Shown: one piece after another, positions 52,821-64,000 of the stretch | Numbering within the stretch: position 1 is the stretch's first letter | Layout: the number at the start of each line of letters is the position of its first letter | Assembly (NCBI GenBank): GCA_951406725.2 | Contig: OX597828.1 | Span: forward strand, 17,298,001 to 17,362,000 | Direction: 5' to 3' | DNA: 64,000 nucleotides | DNA from: Octopus vulgaris | Lineage: Eukaryota | Made by a program: the position numbers and the translations under genes | The notes under the pieces: model-generated | Told to the model about the DNA's origin: nothing | The model's database searches: none | What the model saw: the letters and a program-made list of their open reading frames with translations, nothing else

Positions 52821-53699
52821 TGGGAAATGCTCATAATATGGGCATTATTAAGAAACTGAATTTATTTTTTTCTCATTTATCCTCTAATAATATATTCAAA
52901 TTCAGAGACACAGAACTCGTAAGATTTGGGAAGTTCTTCAGGAAAGGTGAGATTGCTTCAGCGTATATCCAACTTGTACATTTGTAATTCAAACTCTGCT
53001 GAAAAGAAATATGTTGAAGATGTAGCCAATGTATTCTCCGAATATTCGATACAGGGTGTATGTTTCTAAAGACATCCAAAAACACAGGGTCCTTTTAAGA
53101 CCCTATGCTTTTGCTTTAATCTACAGATTACTACAGAAATAAACAGTCAAAGGCTGTATTGCTCAGTATAACTTTCGTTTTACTCAGACGACAGAGTTTA
53201 ATTGGAGGGAGACATGGCTGTTATATCTTGCATGTCGATTTACGAAATAGTTTCACTGTCGTTGATGAGTTGTGTAGTCAAACTCAGCTGCGTATTAGGT
53301 CTACCACCCCCAGAATGGTGGCGCAGTAAATTTTTTATTGTATTGAAGAAAATAATCCGTTTTTTATGACTAATTCTAGAGAGCTAGTAATCTAGCGATT
53401 GTTTGCATCGCCTTTCCTGGAATAGATAGATTTTTCTACATATAATGTCTTTCTTATCAATTTGATTCGGCCTGAGAGAGTAATATTTCCCGTAAATGAT
53501 ATCACACATAAAAATAAAAGATACAATACTGACTTGCATAGAGTCCATCGAGTCTGGTAATTGAAGAAATATTGGCTGTGGTGTCGGTGCTGGTGATTGA
53601 CAGTTTGTCTGCTTTGCTAGGAGATTTATAAAAGCTAGGAAACATATTGAAGCGTATCAACAAAACTGTGCATCGAAAATATTTCTAAGTTGCAAATTC

Positions 53700-53920
53700 T
53701 TTCATTCTTTTTGTTCCTTTATTCTTTTATTCTTTTATTGGTTTCAGTCATTCGACTGCGGTCAGAGGGTTTTAGTCGAAAAACAAATCGATCTCAGGCC
53801 TTATTCTTTGCATGCCTAGTACTTATTTTTATCGGTTTCTTTTGCCGAACCATCAAGTTACCGAGACATATACACACCAACACTGGCTGTCAAGTGATGG
53901 TGGGGACACACACACAAACA
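53700..53920 (-). mobile_element. SINE family A 3' half
   Basis: GTTTCAGTCATT...CCTAGTACTTATT...TTTGCCGAACC. Confidence 0.75.
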
Positions 53921-53953
53921 TACATACATAAATAAATAAATATATATATATCG

Positions 53954-53998
<45 letters not shown>

Positions 53999-54697
53999 TT
54001 TATATATATTAATAATTTTCGTTTTTAGAAGACTGCTTTCGTTGGCTCCGTGTATAAGCATGAGTTCATACCGATGACTTTCGATACAGGGTGTGTGTAG
54101 GTAGCGTAGGTAGATTAGACGTAACAGAGCAGCCATATTTTTTCCGAAGTCATTCCAAGCATACATCTTATTTTCATAAACTGGATATTAAGAAATACGT
54201 TATTTAAATTGATTTTTTTTTTCGTTTATATACTCCAAAGTGTGGTTTCTGAAGAACCGTTTTTTTACTTCCGCAACGATTTATTCATTATGGCTTTGTT
54301 GATAAAATGTTGGAGAGTTAGTTTATTGATCATGAGTTCAAATCCACGGATCATTTACTAATTTGCAATAAATGAGTATAAAATTATTTAATTTTGTCAA
54401 AAATTTTTTGCTATTTACATTACAGGTTTTGCAAAAAGAAGCTAACATTCAGATTTCAAAGACGCTACGGTGTTAAAAAATTTACATGACGCTCATGATA
54501 ATATAGTAGACATTTTATAACCATTTAATACTCAACTATCGTTTAATCGTAGTCAGCACCGATCGATGGAACCCTTCGATTATCAAAGGAGTTCCAAGTC
54601 AACATTTTATACATTTTCAGCCTAGCCTTTCTCGAACCATGGAATGTAATATATCCTTTCTTTCTTAACATAATTTGTAATATGAGGAATAAAAAAA

Positions 54698-55226
54698 GGC
54701 GGGGCGCTGGCAGAATCGTTAGCACACCGGGCAAGACGCTTAACGGTATTTCGTCCATCATAAGGCGGCGAGCTGGCAGAAACCTTAGCACGCATGGTGA
54801 AATGCTTAGCAGTATTTCGTCTGCCGTTACGTTCTGAGTTCAAATTCCGCAGAGGTCGACTTCGCTTTTCATTCTTTTGGGGTCGATTAAATAAGTACCA
54901 GTTACACACTGGGCTCGATATAATCGACTTAATACGTTTGTCTGTCCTTGTTTGTCCTCTCTGTGTTTAGCTCTTTTTGGGTAGTAAAGAAATAGGTATT
55001 TCGTCTGCCGCTACGTTCTGAGTTCAAATTCCGCCGAGGTTGACTTTGCCTTTCATCCTTTCGGGGTCGATAAATTAAGTACCAGATACGCACTGGATCG
55101 ATCTAATCGGCTGGTCCCCTCCCCCAAATATTTAGGGCCTTCTGCCTAAAGTAGAAAGTCATATTTCGTCCATCTTTATTTTTTGTGTTCAAATTTCTCC
55201 AGGGTCGACTTTGCCAGTCATCCTTT
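54698..55226 (+). mobile_element. Nested SINE D structure (SINE in SINE, with an internal Tx1-tailed unit)
   Basis: The outer copy is split with TSD TATTTCGTCCATC (54747-54759 and 55162-55174). The inner copy repeats GTATTTCGTCTGCCG (54812-54826 and 54996-55010) around a unit ending GGGTAGTAAAGAAATA. Confidence 0.85.
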
Positions 55227-56151
55227 AATAATCCTTCCAGTCTTGACCACTTCGTTTTTTAGGGGACTATATGGGACACATTTTTTTATTGCTTCGCTTT
55301 GTCTCTCTTTATAAGGTGGCAAGTTTTGGCATTGAGTGTGATTTTCCTTTAATCCTAACGAATGACGTCATTATTCGTATTCGTCTACCCATGTTCGTGT
55401 TTGTTGAGTACAAATTCTCTCGGTTCTTCATACCTTCCCTCTTTTCACAGGTAATCCTAAAAAAATCGGCAGGTTGTTGTTCTTCTTGTTAATGGTTTCA
55501 CAGCGTCATCCCTGATGGAACTCATTTTTGATCAAAATAAGCCTTTCCTTAATCTTTCTGTTTTTGTTGTGAATTACGACCACAAAATCTAATGAAAATT
55601 GCATTCCATTTTTTTACTTTTTCCCCAAAAGATAGGGCTTGGTTCGAGAAAGATTTAACTGCCATTTGTTGCCGGTCGAACAACATCGTAGAAACTTGCT
55701 TTGTATTGTTATTGTTATTGTTGGTCGACTCCATCCCTGTCTTCAACGAGTAGACTATTGTTCTAACAACAAATTGCATAAAAATGTGAAAGTAGCACCT
55801 ACAGAGTCATTTGGTATAAGACAATTGTTTTCAGGGTTTTTCCAATTTATAATTCCTTCAGAAGCCAGAGTTTCTGTCTCGAATTATGCACCCCACACCC
55901 ACAGGAAAACAAGAGCTTAGGCTGTATGCAGCACCTCCATCAATCAACCTCCATTCCATTAGTTTGAAGTCGTGTAACAATGCAGTGTGTCACTGCACGG
56001 GTGTAGGTGTGTGTGTGTGTGTGAGTGTGACTGTGCCTGTGTGCTTATAAACTCACACACACAGGAACTCACAAACCCACTTACAAACTCGCACACATAT
56101 AGGTGTGTGTGTGGATATGTGTGTGTGTGTGTGTGTGTATGTGTGTGTGTA

Positions 56152-57143
56152 TAGAAGGTCTGGTCAATAAGTACCCGGACTGTTGCCATAGAAACGAAAC
56201 TAAAGCACGCAGAGTGAAGCCGCTTAGCAAAGATTGGTCATGCACATTAAGATTTAAGGCCCTAAGTTTTAACGCTCTAGCTCACTTCTGCTGTTTGCAG
56301 CAGAGCTTGGAAGGAAGGTGTGTAGCGTGTGATCGTCGTGTTGATCATGACAGAGAAAGTTGTCAAGACAATACCTGCTCAGAGGCCTACTTAAAGTTAC
56401 ACAAACTATCTGGAGGGAGTGTATGAGCCGCACGTAAATGTACAAATGTTTCAGACGTTTCCAAGATGGCCGAAAAATATTCAATATTCTTTTCTGTTGT
56501 AGGAACAAGGCCCGAAGTGTTGGGAGAGGAGGCTCGTCGATTAGTTCGACCCCAGTACGCAACTGGTACTTAATTTTTCGATTTCGAAAGGATGAAAGGC
56601 AAATTCAACCTCGGCGGAATTTGAACTCAAAACGTAGATGTGCGTGCAGCTGTGAGGGTAAATCGTCGAATCATCATCCGTGAGTTATCAGAGAATATTC
56701 AGATTAGTTGCGGTTCAGTTCTGTCCATTATTAGTGAAGATTCAGGTATGAGACACGAGTCTGCCACGTTTGGGCCCAAACTACTTTCAGCTGACCAAAA
56801 TGACACTCGGGTTTTAGTTGCACGAGATCTCCTTGATTGTGTTGAGAACGATGAAAACTTTTTGAAAACATTGCGTTGGTCTCTGAACAGTTATCGCTAA
56901 GCTTTTGGCAAAATTTGAAGCAGATTCTCTCTTTAGCATTCTCTATCATGGGCAATGCGACGATCACACGCTACACTCGTTTCTTCCACTGCTTTAAACA
57001 GTGGCAGTGAGCTAAAACGGTAAAAGTTAGCGCGTTAGCACAACAGAGATCACAGTTAATTTGTGCGAAGTGGCTTCACTCTGCATGCTTTAGTTTCGTT
57101 ACTATGGCAACAGTCCGGATACGTATTGATCAGACAACGTGTA
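56152..57143. mobile_element. Mariner-derived fold-back element (two left ends) with a nested SINE D fragment (~56495-56640, minus strand)
   Basis: Long inverted ends CCGGACTGTTGCCATAG.AACGAAACTAAAGCA. Plus strand: MYKCFRRFQDGR...NRRIIIRELSE..ISCGSVLSII...FGPKLLS (WVP motif region). Minus strand: MIENAKERICFKFCQKL, a transposase start. Confidence 0.85.
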
Positions 57144-57249
57144 TACAGTAGCCAGCAAAAACAAAAGAGAACAATTAATGTTTGTTTTCAAATTTCGGAA
57201 AAGCTAGTAAACGTACAAATTCGCAGTTTGTTTAGTAAATACAGTTAAC

Positions 57250-57564
57250 GAAAAAACCTCGCCCTTTTCAAGCCTAGCCAGGCTAATGGACACGGTTTCC
57301 CGGTTTCTGTGGCGTATGTGTTGTCCCCCAGCTGGAAGGGACGCCAGTCCATCGCAGCGTTACTCAAGAAATAGGAGGAGAGAGTGAGAGAAAGTTGTGG
57401 TGAAAGAGTACAACAGGGGTCGCCACCACCCCCTGCCGGAGCCTCGCGGAGATTTTAGGTGTTTTCGCTCAATAAACACACACAACACCCGCTCTGGGAA
57501 TCGAAACCGCGATCCTCCGACCGCGAGTCCGCTGCACCTAAACTATGGGCCATTGTGCCTCCAC
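57250..57564 (-). mobile_element. SINE family B, full length
   Basis: 13-bp TSD AAATACAGTTAAC at 57237-57249 and 57565-57577. Confidence 0.9.
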
Positions 57565-57769
57565 AAATACAGTTAACCATTGGCTAAATTCTCTGAAAAA
57601 CCTAAATTTGTACAATAGTCTTAATAAAGTTAATAACACTAACGCTACTTTCGTCGAATTGTCTCACGTGCAAAATGAGTGAACGATCAAACCAAAAAAT
57701 GCTTTAATTAACTCAAAATGATTGAAAGAAATGTAAATATGAACTTAATAGAGTTAGTATGATGTTTGT

Positions 57770-58025
57770 GTGGAGGCGCGTGGCTTAGTGGTTAGGGTGT
57801 CAGCATTATGATCGTAAGATTGTGGTTTCGGTATCTGGACCGGGAGACGCGTTGTGTTCTTGAGCAAAACACTTCATTTCATGTTGCTTCACTCTACTCA
57901 GCTGGCAAAAATGAGTAACGCTGCAATGGGCGGGCGTCCCGTTCAGCTGGGGAACACATACGCCATAGAAACCGGGAAACCGGGCCCATGAGCCTGGCTA
58001 GGCTTTAAAAGAGCGCATTTATTAT
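57770..58025 (+). mobile_element. SINE family C, full length
   Basis: Closely similar to 32120-32384. Confidence 0.9.
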
Positions 58026-58199
58026 TTTTTTATACTGTTTGTAGATGTTTGTTGGAGATCATCTCTGCACATCGATTGCCACAGAACATAAGTTTCCTGC
58101 ACAAGTCAGGTATTACTGTCTTTCATCCCTTTTCTAATATCTCTCATAAATTCATCGTAGTAGTTATGCCCTTTATGTTACTTTGTTTCCATGTATCTT

Positions 58200-59030
58200 C
58201 CAAAGGTTTTCAATTGGATTTAAGTCTGGACTATGTGCTGGCCACTTCATTACTCAGATATTTTGTTCACTAAAGAATCCTGCGACACGCTTTGCAGTAT
58301 GACAAGGAGCGTTAACTTGCATGAAAATGCACGGTTGATTCGGAAATCCTCGTAATGATGGGATCACATGCTTAACCAAATTCAAATAGATATTAGTAGT
58401 AATAGTACCTTTAATCTACACTAGAGGGCCAACCCCTTCAGAAAAAATCCTTCCCCACACCATGACGCTTCCTCCTCCAAACTTGTGAGATTTCTTCAGA
58501 TTTTAGCCGTTCTCCTGTGAAGCACCTAACATACTATCTTCCATCTGAACCTTCTAAATTGAATTTACTTTCATCGCTAAAATGCAGTTTTACCCAATTT
58601 TTATCCCTCCAGTTCACATGAGCATCTGTAAACGAAAGTCTTTCCAATTTGTTCTTCTTACTGATGGTAGGTTTCGTTGCCAGGGAACAAGTTCTTTAAT
58701 TCAAATTCCTTCAGACGATGAGACACTGTAAAGTGGCTCACTTCCGTACCATTATTTACTTATATTTTCTTAGAAATTCCAGCCGCAGTATCGAAAGAAT
58801 CCTTCAATAAATACCGTTTCATGACTCGATCATTTTGTATGATGTTTTTGCGTGGTCTACCTGTTGCCTTTTTTTCAGTTCAAAAGCTTTAGTTTCTTCA
58901 TAGAGCTTAAGAACACGTGAAACCACACTCTCAGATCTCCTTACGTCTCGTGAAATAGAGGAGATAATCATTCCTGAATCTTTCATTCTCACAACATCTT
59001 TTCGAAGGTCAGGAGCAATTTAGCATGGTG
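58200..59030 (-). pseudogene. Tc1 DDE transposase pseudogene
   Basis: Minus frames give WVKLHFSDESKFNLEGSDGR and KFGGGSVMVWG, with stops and frameshifts. Confidence 0.85.
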
Positions 59031-59344
59031 TGCAATGTTCAGAAGATATCACAACACTGAGACGGTAGCAACATTGAACCTACAAATATAAACAACGTTT
59101 GAAATTTCCAGAAATCGTTGAAGGAATCTAATCGTTCTCTTATTTTGCACATGAGACATTTGGACAAAATTAGTGTTAGTGCTATAAGCTTTTATCTAGA
59201 CCATTGTATAAAATGTGATTTTTCAGAGAATTTAGATAATGATTAACCATGTTTACGAAACCAATATCGAATTTGTTCGTTCGCTGGCTTTTCCGACATT
59301 TAAAAAATACTAATCGGTATCTTTTTTTGCTCGCTACTGTATAC

Positions 59345-59721
59345 CTTTTACCTTTTCAGTTATTAAACTGTGGTCATGCTGAAGCTTCGCTTTGAACAAT
59401 TTTAGTCGAGCGAATCAACCTCAGTAGTAATTTTTTACAACCCTGGTGCTTATTCTATTGGTGCCTGTCACCAAACTGCTAGGTTACGGGGAGGTAAATA
59501 CACCAGTACCGGTTACTATGCTGTGGTGGGCTACAAACACGGACTGTGAGACACGCACACAAGCACGCACACAAACACACAGACACACGCACGCGCACAC
59601 AGACACACACACAAACACACACTGACACATGACAGGCTACTTTCATTTTCCGTCTACCAATTCGGTTTACAAGGCTTCAATCAACTCGAGGCTACAGTAG
59701 AAGACACTTGCCCAAGGTGCC
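59345..59721 (-). mobile_element. SINE family A, old copy
   Basis: AGAAGACACTTGCCCAAGGTGCCA and the family A tail motifs. Confidence 0.75.
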
Positions 59722-61219
59722 AATGCATGTATGTGTGTGTATAAGTAGATCCATGCAACGCACGCGGGAAGAGTGCACGTGAAACATGTGTACAAATATC
59801 ATATTGAATAAAACAAAAGGTGTTGTACGACTAAGAAACATACTTGCTCTAACCATCTCACCTGTTTTTCTGCCAAAATATCCTCCTGGAATACACTCAC
59901 TAATATATCCGCCTTCTTTGTAAGACAGTAATCTTAATTAAATACGTGGGAAATTTGGTCAGTGTTTCCTTCAAGTAAACCGACCACATGTCTGTTCTCG
60001 CGAGATTTCGTGTCGATTGCGATTTCTGCAATTTGATATCATGCTGAGATTTCCTTTTGATATTCACAGTGAATTTATTGGCGTTGACCTAATAGGATCT
60101 CACCGGGCACTATTGTAATTTGGTAGTGCGTATGCAACCAGCCTCGTTCACCGTAAAAACGTAGCTGCTAGGAGATAATGTTTGTGGAATGTCTTGGTGA
60201 GTGAAGCGAAGGAGGTGCTTTATTTCGCGTTTATATATTTCCACTTCAATATAACGACCACCAACTAAGATTACTATCAATAGCCTAAATAACAGCCCTT
60301 TCTAACTAGAGAACTGTGTGTTTGATCTGAATGAAGATTGAAGACCAGATGTAAAATTGCTCTCACTAAAGAAAAGAAAAAATAGAAGAAAGGAAAGAAA
60401 ACGAGACTAAGAGAGAGAGAGAGACAGGCAATGAGAGAGAAACAGATATGAAGAGAAGAAAGCGAGAAAGAAAAAGGTTGAAGAGAGAGGAAGAAAATCA
60501 GATGATGAGTAGAAAGGAGAGTGAGAGAGACAAAGAGATACAGTAAGATGTAGCAGAGAGGACGTGAGAGTGAAAATCTGGGATATTCTACGAAAGTTTT
60601 CTTTCAAGTGAATCTTATCATGAATGGCTGGTGAGACGTGCTGGATGATGTTCAATGGGGCGTATTGAAAAGAATTACTAAATGAGTACAACAGAGCCGT
60701 GTTTAGATGTATTATGATGGGAATTAGGAACGAAAGGTTGGCCAAGTGTAAGAGTGATTTGAACAAAGTCTTAGATGAATTACGGAGAGAGATTACGTAA
60801 GAAAGACATAAAATAAATAATATTGTACGTGATTCGATATGAAGTGATAGTAGTGGTGGTATTAGTAGTGGTGGTGGTGGTGGTGGTGGTGGTGGTGGTG
60901 ATGGGCTAGTTGTTGCACTGCTAGTAGTGGTGGTGGCGGTGGCGGTGGTTGTAGTGGCGGTAGTGGTGGTAAGTAGCGTAGTGGTATGCAATGCGAGGAT
61001 GGGCAACTACAAGTAGTTTTTCGCATACGTTTTAAGAGTTTGTAAGAAGGCACCTATTCAAATATAACCCGAAATAAGAATTTCTTAAGTATAATTAAAA
61101 TATATTGGTTTCAAATACAATAATTAAAATAATAACAACAAAACAAAAATCTCTAAAGTTAAGCTTTGTTTCACATTCATTACTGCTTCTTTAATCAAAT
61201 ACTTCGAACTTCAGAATTT

Positions 61220-61220
61220 A

Positions 61221-61255
<35 letters not shown>

Positions 61256-61275
61256 ACATATATACATATATACAA

Positions 61276-61350
<75 letters not shown>

Positions 61351-61743
61351 CGTATGTATATATATATATATATATAAGTGCATATATATATATATGTATG
61401 TATATATATACATATATATATATATATCTGCATCTCTATCTATCAATTTATCTATCTAGCTACCTAACTACCTACCTATCTATGTAACTATACATGTATT
61501 TCCTCTCTTCCTACATGCATCTAAGAATAGTATACACTTGGAATACACTTAAGAATACTTAACATAGAACATCATTATATTTTATTACAGAAAAAAATAA
61601 TTAAGTGAAGTTTCTTTGTCTGTGCAAATCATAGTTCGCTTGCTCCAGACATAGAAAATCAGCAAGTGGAAAAAGAACAAGCGAAATAAATAAGTTAATT
61701 TAGTAAGTATTGCCTTCGCAGACACATACACACACACACACGC

Positions 61744-61800
<57 letters not shown>

Positions 61801-62471
61801 TACACACACACATACACAAACACATACATACATACATACATTATATATGTATATATGCATGTATCTATAAATGAATATATACATACATATATATATATAC
61901 ACGTATTATGTGTGTATACATATATATGCATAAGTGTGTGTATGTGTATGTGTGTGTATACATGCAGAGGGAAGTCAGTATAGTTATGCGTAGATATACA
62001 AGCACATCCACACATCCACGCATGTATATATATATATATATGTATATATATATACTTATATATATATGTATATATATACTTATATATATATATATATTTA
62101 TATATATACTTATATATATATATATGTATATATACTTATATATATATGTATATATATACTTATATATATATGTATATATATACTTATATATATATATACT
62201 TATATATATATATGTATATACATATACTTCTATATACACATATAGGCATAGATAGAACTGTGTATATCTCGGCCTAAATGCACCTTTTGAAAGACTTGTA
62301 CACAAACATACACTTCACATTATTATCTGAAGCACCGAAGAAAATATGTGAATAGATAAAACGAATTTCTCAAAAGAAATACATAAGCTAAACAATGAAT
62401 ATTAACCCGTCTGTAGATTAATGTGGAATGTGTTGACTTTCCGTCTGTCTTACACTCTCTCTGTCTCTCTG

Positions 62472-62521
<50 letters not shown>

Positions 62522-62560
62522 CCTCTGCCTTTGTATATCTCTGTGTTTCTGTCTATCTTG
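61220..62560. repeat. Microsatellite field: (TATC)n, (TA)n, (CA)n, a ~24-bp TATACTTATATATATATG unit and (CT)n
   Basis: Seen directly. Confidence 0.9.
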
Positions 62561-63402
62561 TTTTCTCTCTCCCTCCTTCTTTTTCGTTTCTCTATTTTTT
62601 TCCCTCCTTCTGTCTCTATTGTAATTAACGAAGAATATCGTCTCAGATATACGTTTAAGATATTTAAGTACGCTTGTAGCGTTTGTTATCAGAAATATTA
62701 GTAGTTTTAACAATAAGAAATTTCTGTACGATAACAGAGTATAAAATGAAAGCGACTCGCAGTTACAGAAACCTTAACTTTTTCTAAAGATGTTGATAGA
62801 ATTGCAACGTTGTAAGTGATATAAAGATAGAGTTAGAGAGAAATAGAAAAAAGAAAGAGAGAGAGAGAGAGAAAGAAGAAGACAGAAAACATGAAGAAAA
62901 CCAGGCGTAGACAAAGACATCATACCTACATATATGTGTTTGCCAAATTTTTTCGACGAAGTGAAGAGCCGTAAAATAGACCCCCTAAGTACGTGTAGGA
63001 AGCTGCGGGTGAATGGAGAGAAGTTGGCACCTGCTGTGATAGCAAAACAAATCTTCATTATTTTTTCATCATTCTAGAGTTGAGATTTTTCATATGGAGT
63101 CAATATATAAACTCTGTTATGTATGCTTATACGCTCTTCTCTAATAAAGCGCCTATTACCACTCGGTGGAGTGTGCATGCATGCGTGCGTGCGTAAGTGC
63201 GTAAGTACGTAAGTACGTAAGGGCGTACGTGCGTTCGAGTGTGCGTATATGTGTGTGTTGGGAGGGGGCGTGTGTGTTTGCGTGTTTGTGGTCTGTATTT
63301 GATGTGGGTTTATAACAGTGGTTTCCTTTGCCCCTGTCTTAGTTGTTTATAATTGTGTACACACAGGTGCTGGTGTATTTCTGTGCATATGGGCGAGCGT
63401 GA

Positions 63403-63765
63403 GCAGGGCGTTGCTGTGTGGTGAGAAGCTTGCTTCCCAACCACATGGTTCCGGGTTCAGTCCCACTGCGTTCCACCTTCGACAAGTGTCTTCTACTATA
63501 GCTTCGGGCCGACCAACGCCTTGTGAGTGGGTTTGATAGACGGAAAGCGAAAGAAGCCCGCCGTATTTATATATATATTTATGTGTGTGTGTGCGCGCGT
63601 GCGTCTTTGTGTCTGTGCTTATCTCGTACTATTGCTTGACAACCGGTGTTGGTGTGTTTAAGCCCACATGAATTAGCAGTTCAGCTAAAAGCATGATAGA
63701 ACATGCGTCAATCAAAGCAAAACCCCACCATGGCCGCAGTCTGAAACAAGAAAAAGAAAAGATAA
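63403..63765 (+). mobile_element. SINE family A with internal deletion
   Basis: GAAGCTTGCTTCCCAACCACATGGTTCCGGGTTCAGTCCC head; shows the intact site that is split at 2131/3816. Confidence 0.85.
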
Positions 63766-64000
63766 ATGATAAACGCATACACACACACACACACACACTC
63801 ATACACCTCCACACACAAACGCAGCACGCAAACACACGCAACACACACACACACACACACACGCGCGCGCACAAACACACAACACACCCACGCATACGCG
63901 CACAGCTGAAGACAGTTGAAGAGAGAAAAGACGGATAAGAAAGAGAAAAGAAGGAACATAGATAGACACAAAGTGAGATCGAGAGAAAGACAGAGAGAGA

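Larger units (their letters stand above)
57146..59339 (-). mobile_element. Tc1-like DNA transposon with long TIRs and a decayed transposase, carrying two SINE insertions
   Basis: TA|CAGTAGC..GCAAAAA at the left end and TTTTGCTCGCTACTG|TA at the right; inverted repeats about 220 bp. Confidence 0.85.

Noticed and set aside
52906-52947. DTELVRFGK, an RFamide-like motif in a possible micro-exon
   Set aside because: It is a single motif with no signal peptide or repeats, and it lies in sequence that looks like decayed retroelement.
60560-60810. Possible further Tx1 ORF2 C-terminal remnant, and minus ORF 60407-61006
   Set aside because: Similarity is too weak to call, and the ORF is largely simple repeats.

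Overview
Eukaryotic, AT-rich, microsatellite-dense DNA that looks intronic or intergenic. The tRNA-derived SINE families and dense (TA)n/(CA)n/(TATC)n/(TATG)n tracts suggest a coleoid cephalopod, probably Octopus (inference). No intact host protein-coding gene can be supported; nearly all listed ORFs are microsatellite translations or decayed transposon fragments. The window contains four SINE families (called A-D here, my labels), LINE remnants (Tx1/L1-like, RTE, CR1-like, R4/Dong-like), Penelope-like repeats with minimal hammerhead ribozymes, Tc1/mariner, pogo-like and hAT MITEs, and non-autonomous Helitrons. The most notable signal is two homologous ORF1(gag-knuckle)-encoding, RT-less Tx1-like retroelements, each inserted inside the tRNA-like head of a SINE (2132-3815 and 11591-13830). 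A SINE variant carrying the same Tx1-type 3' tail stacks head-to-tail at the same GGTATTTC site (11.2-11.6 kb, 54.7-55.2 kb). Together these form a candidate SINE-targeting retrotransposon system. Also notable are U3-A8 core-variant hammerheads with compensatory stem changes, and two mariner derivatives built from two left ends.
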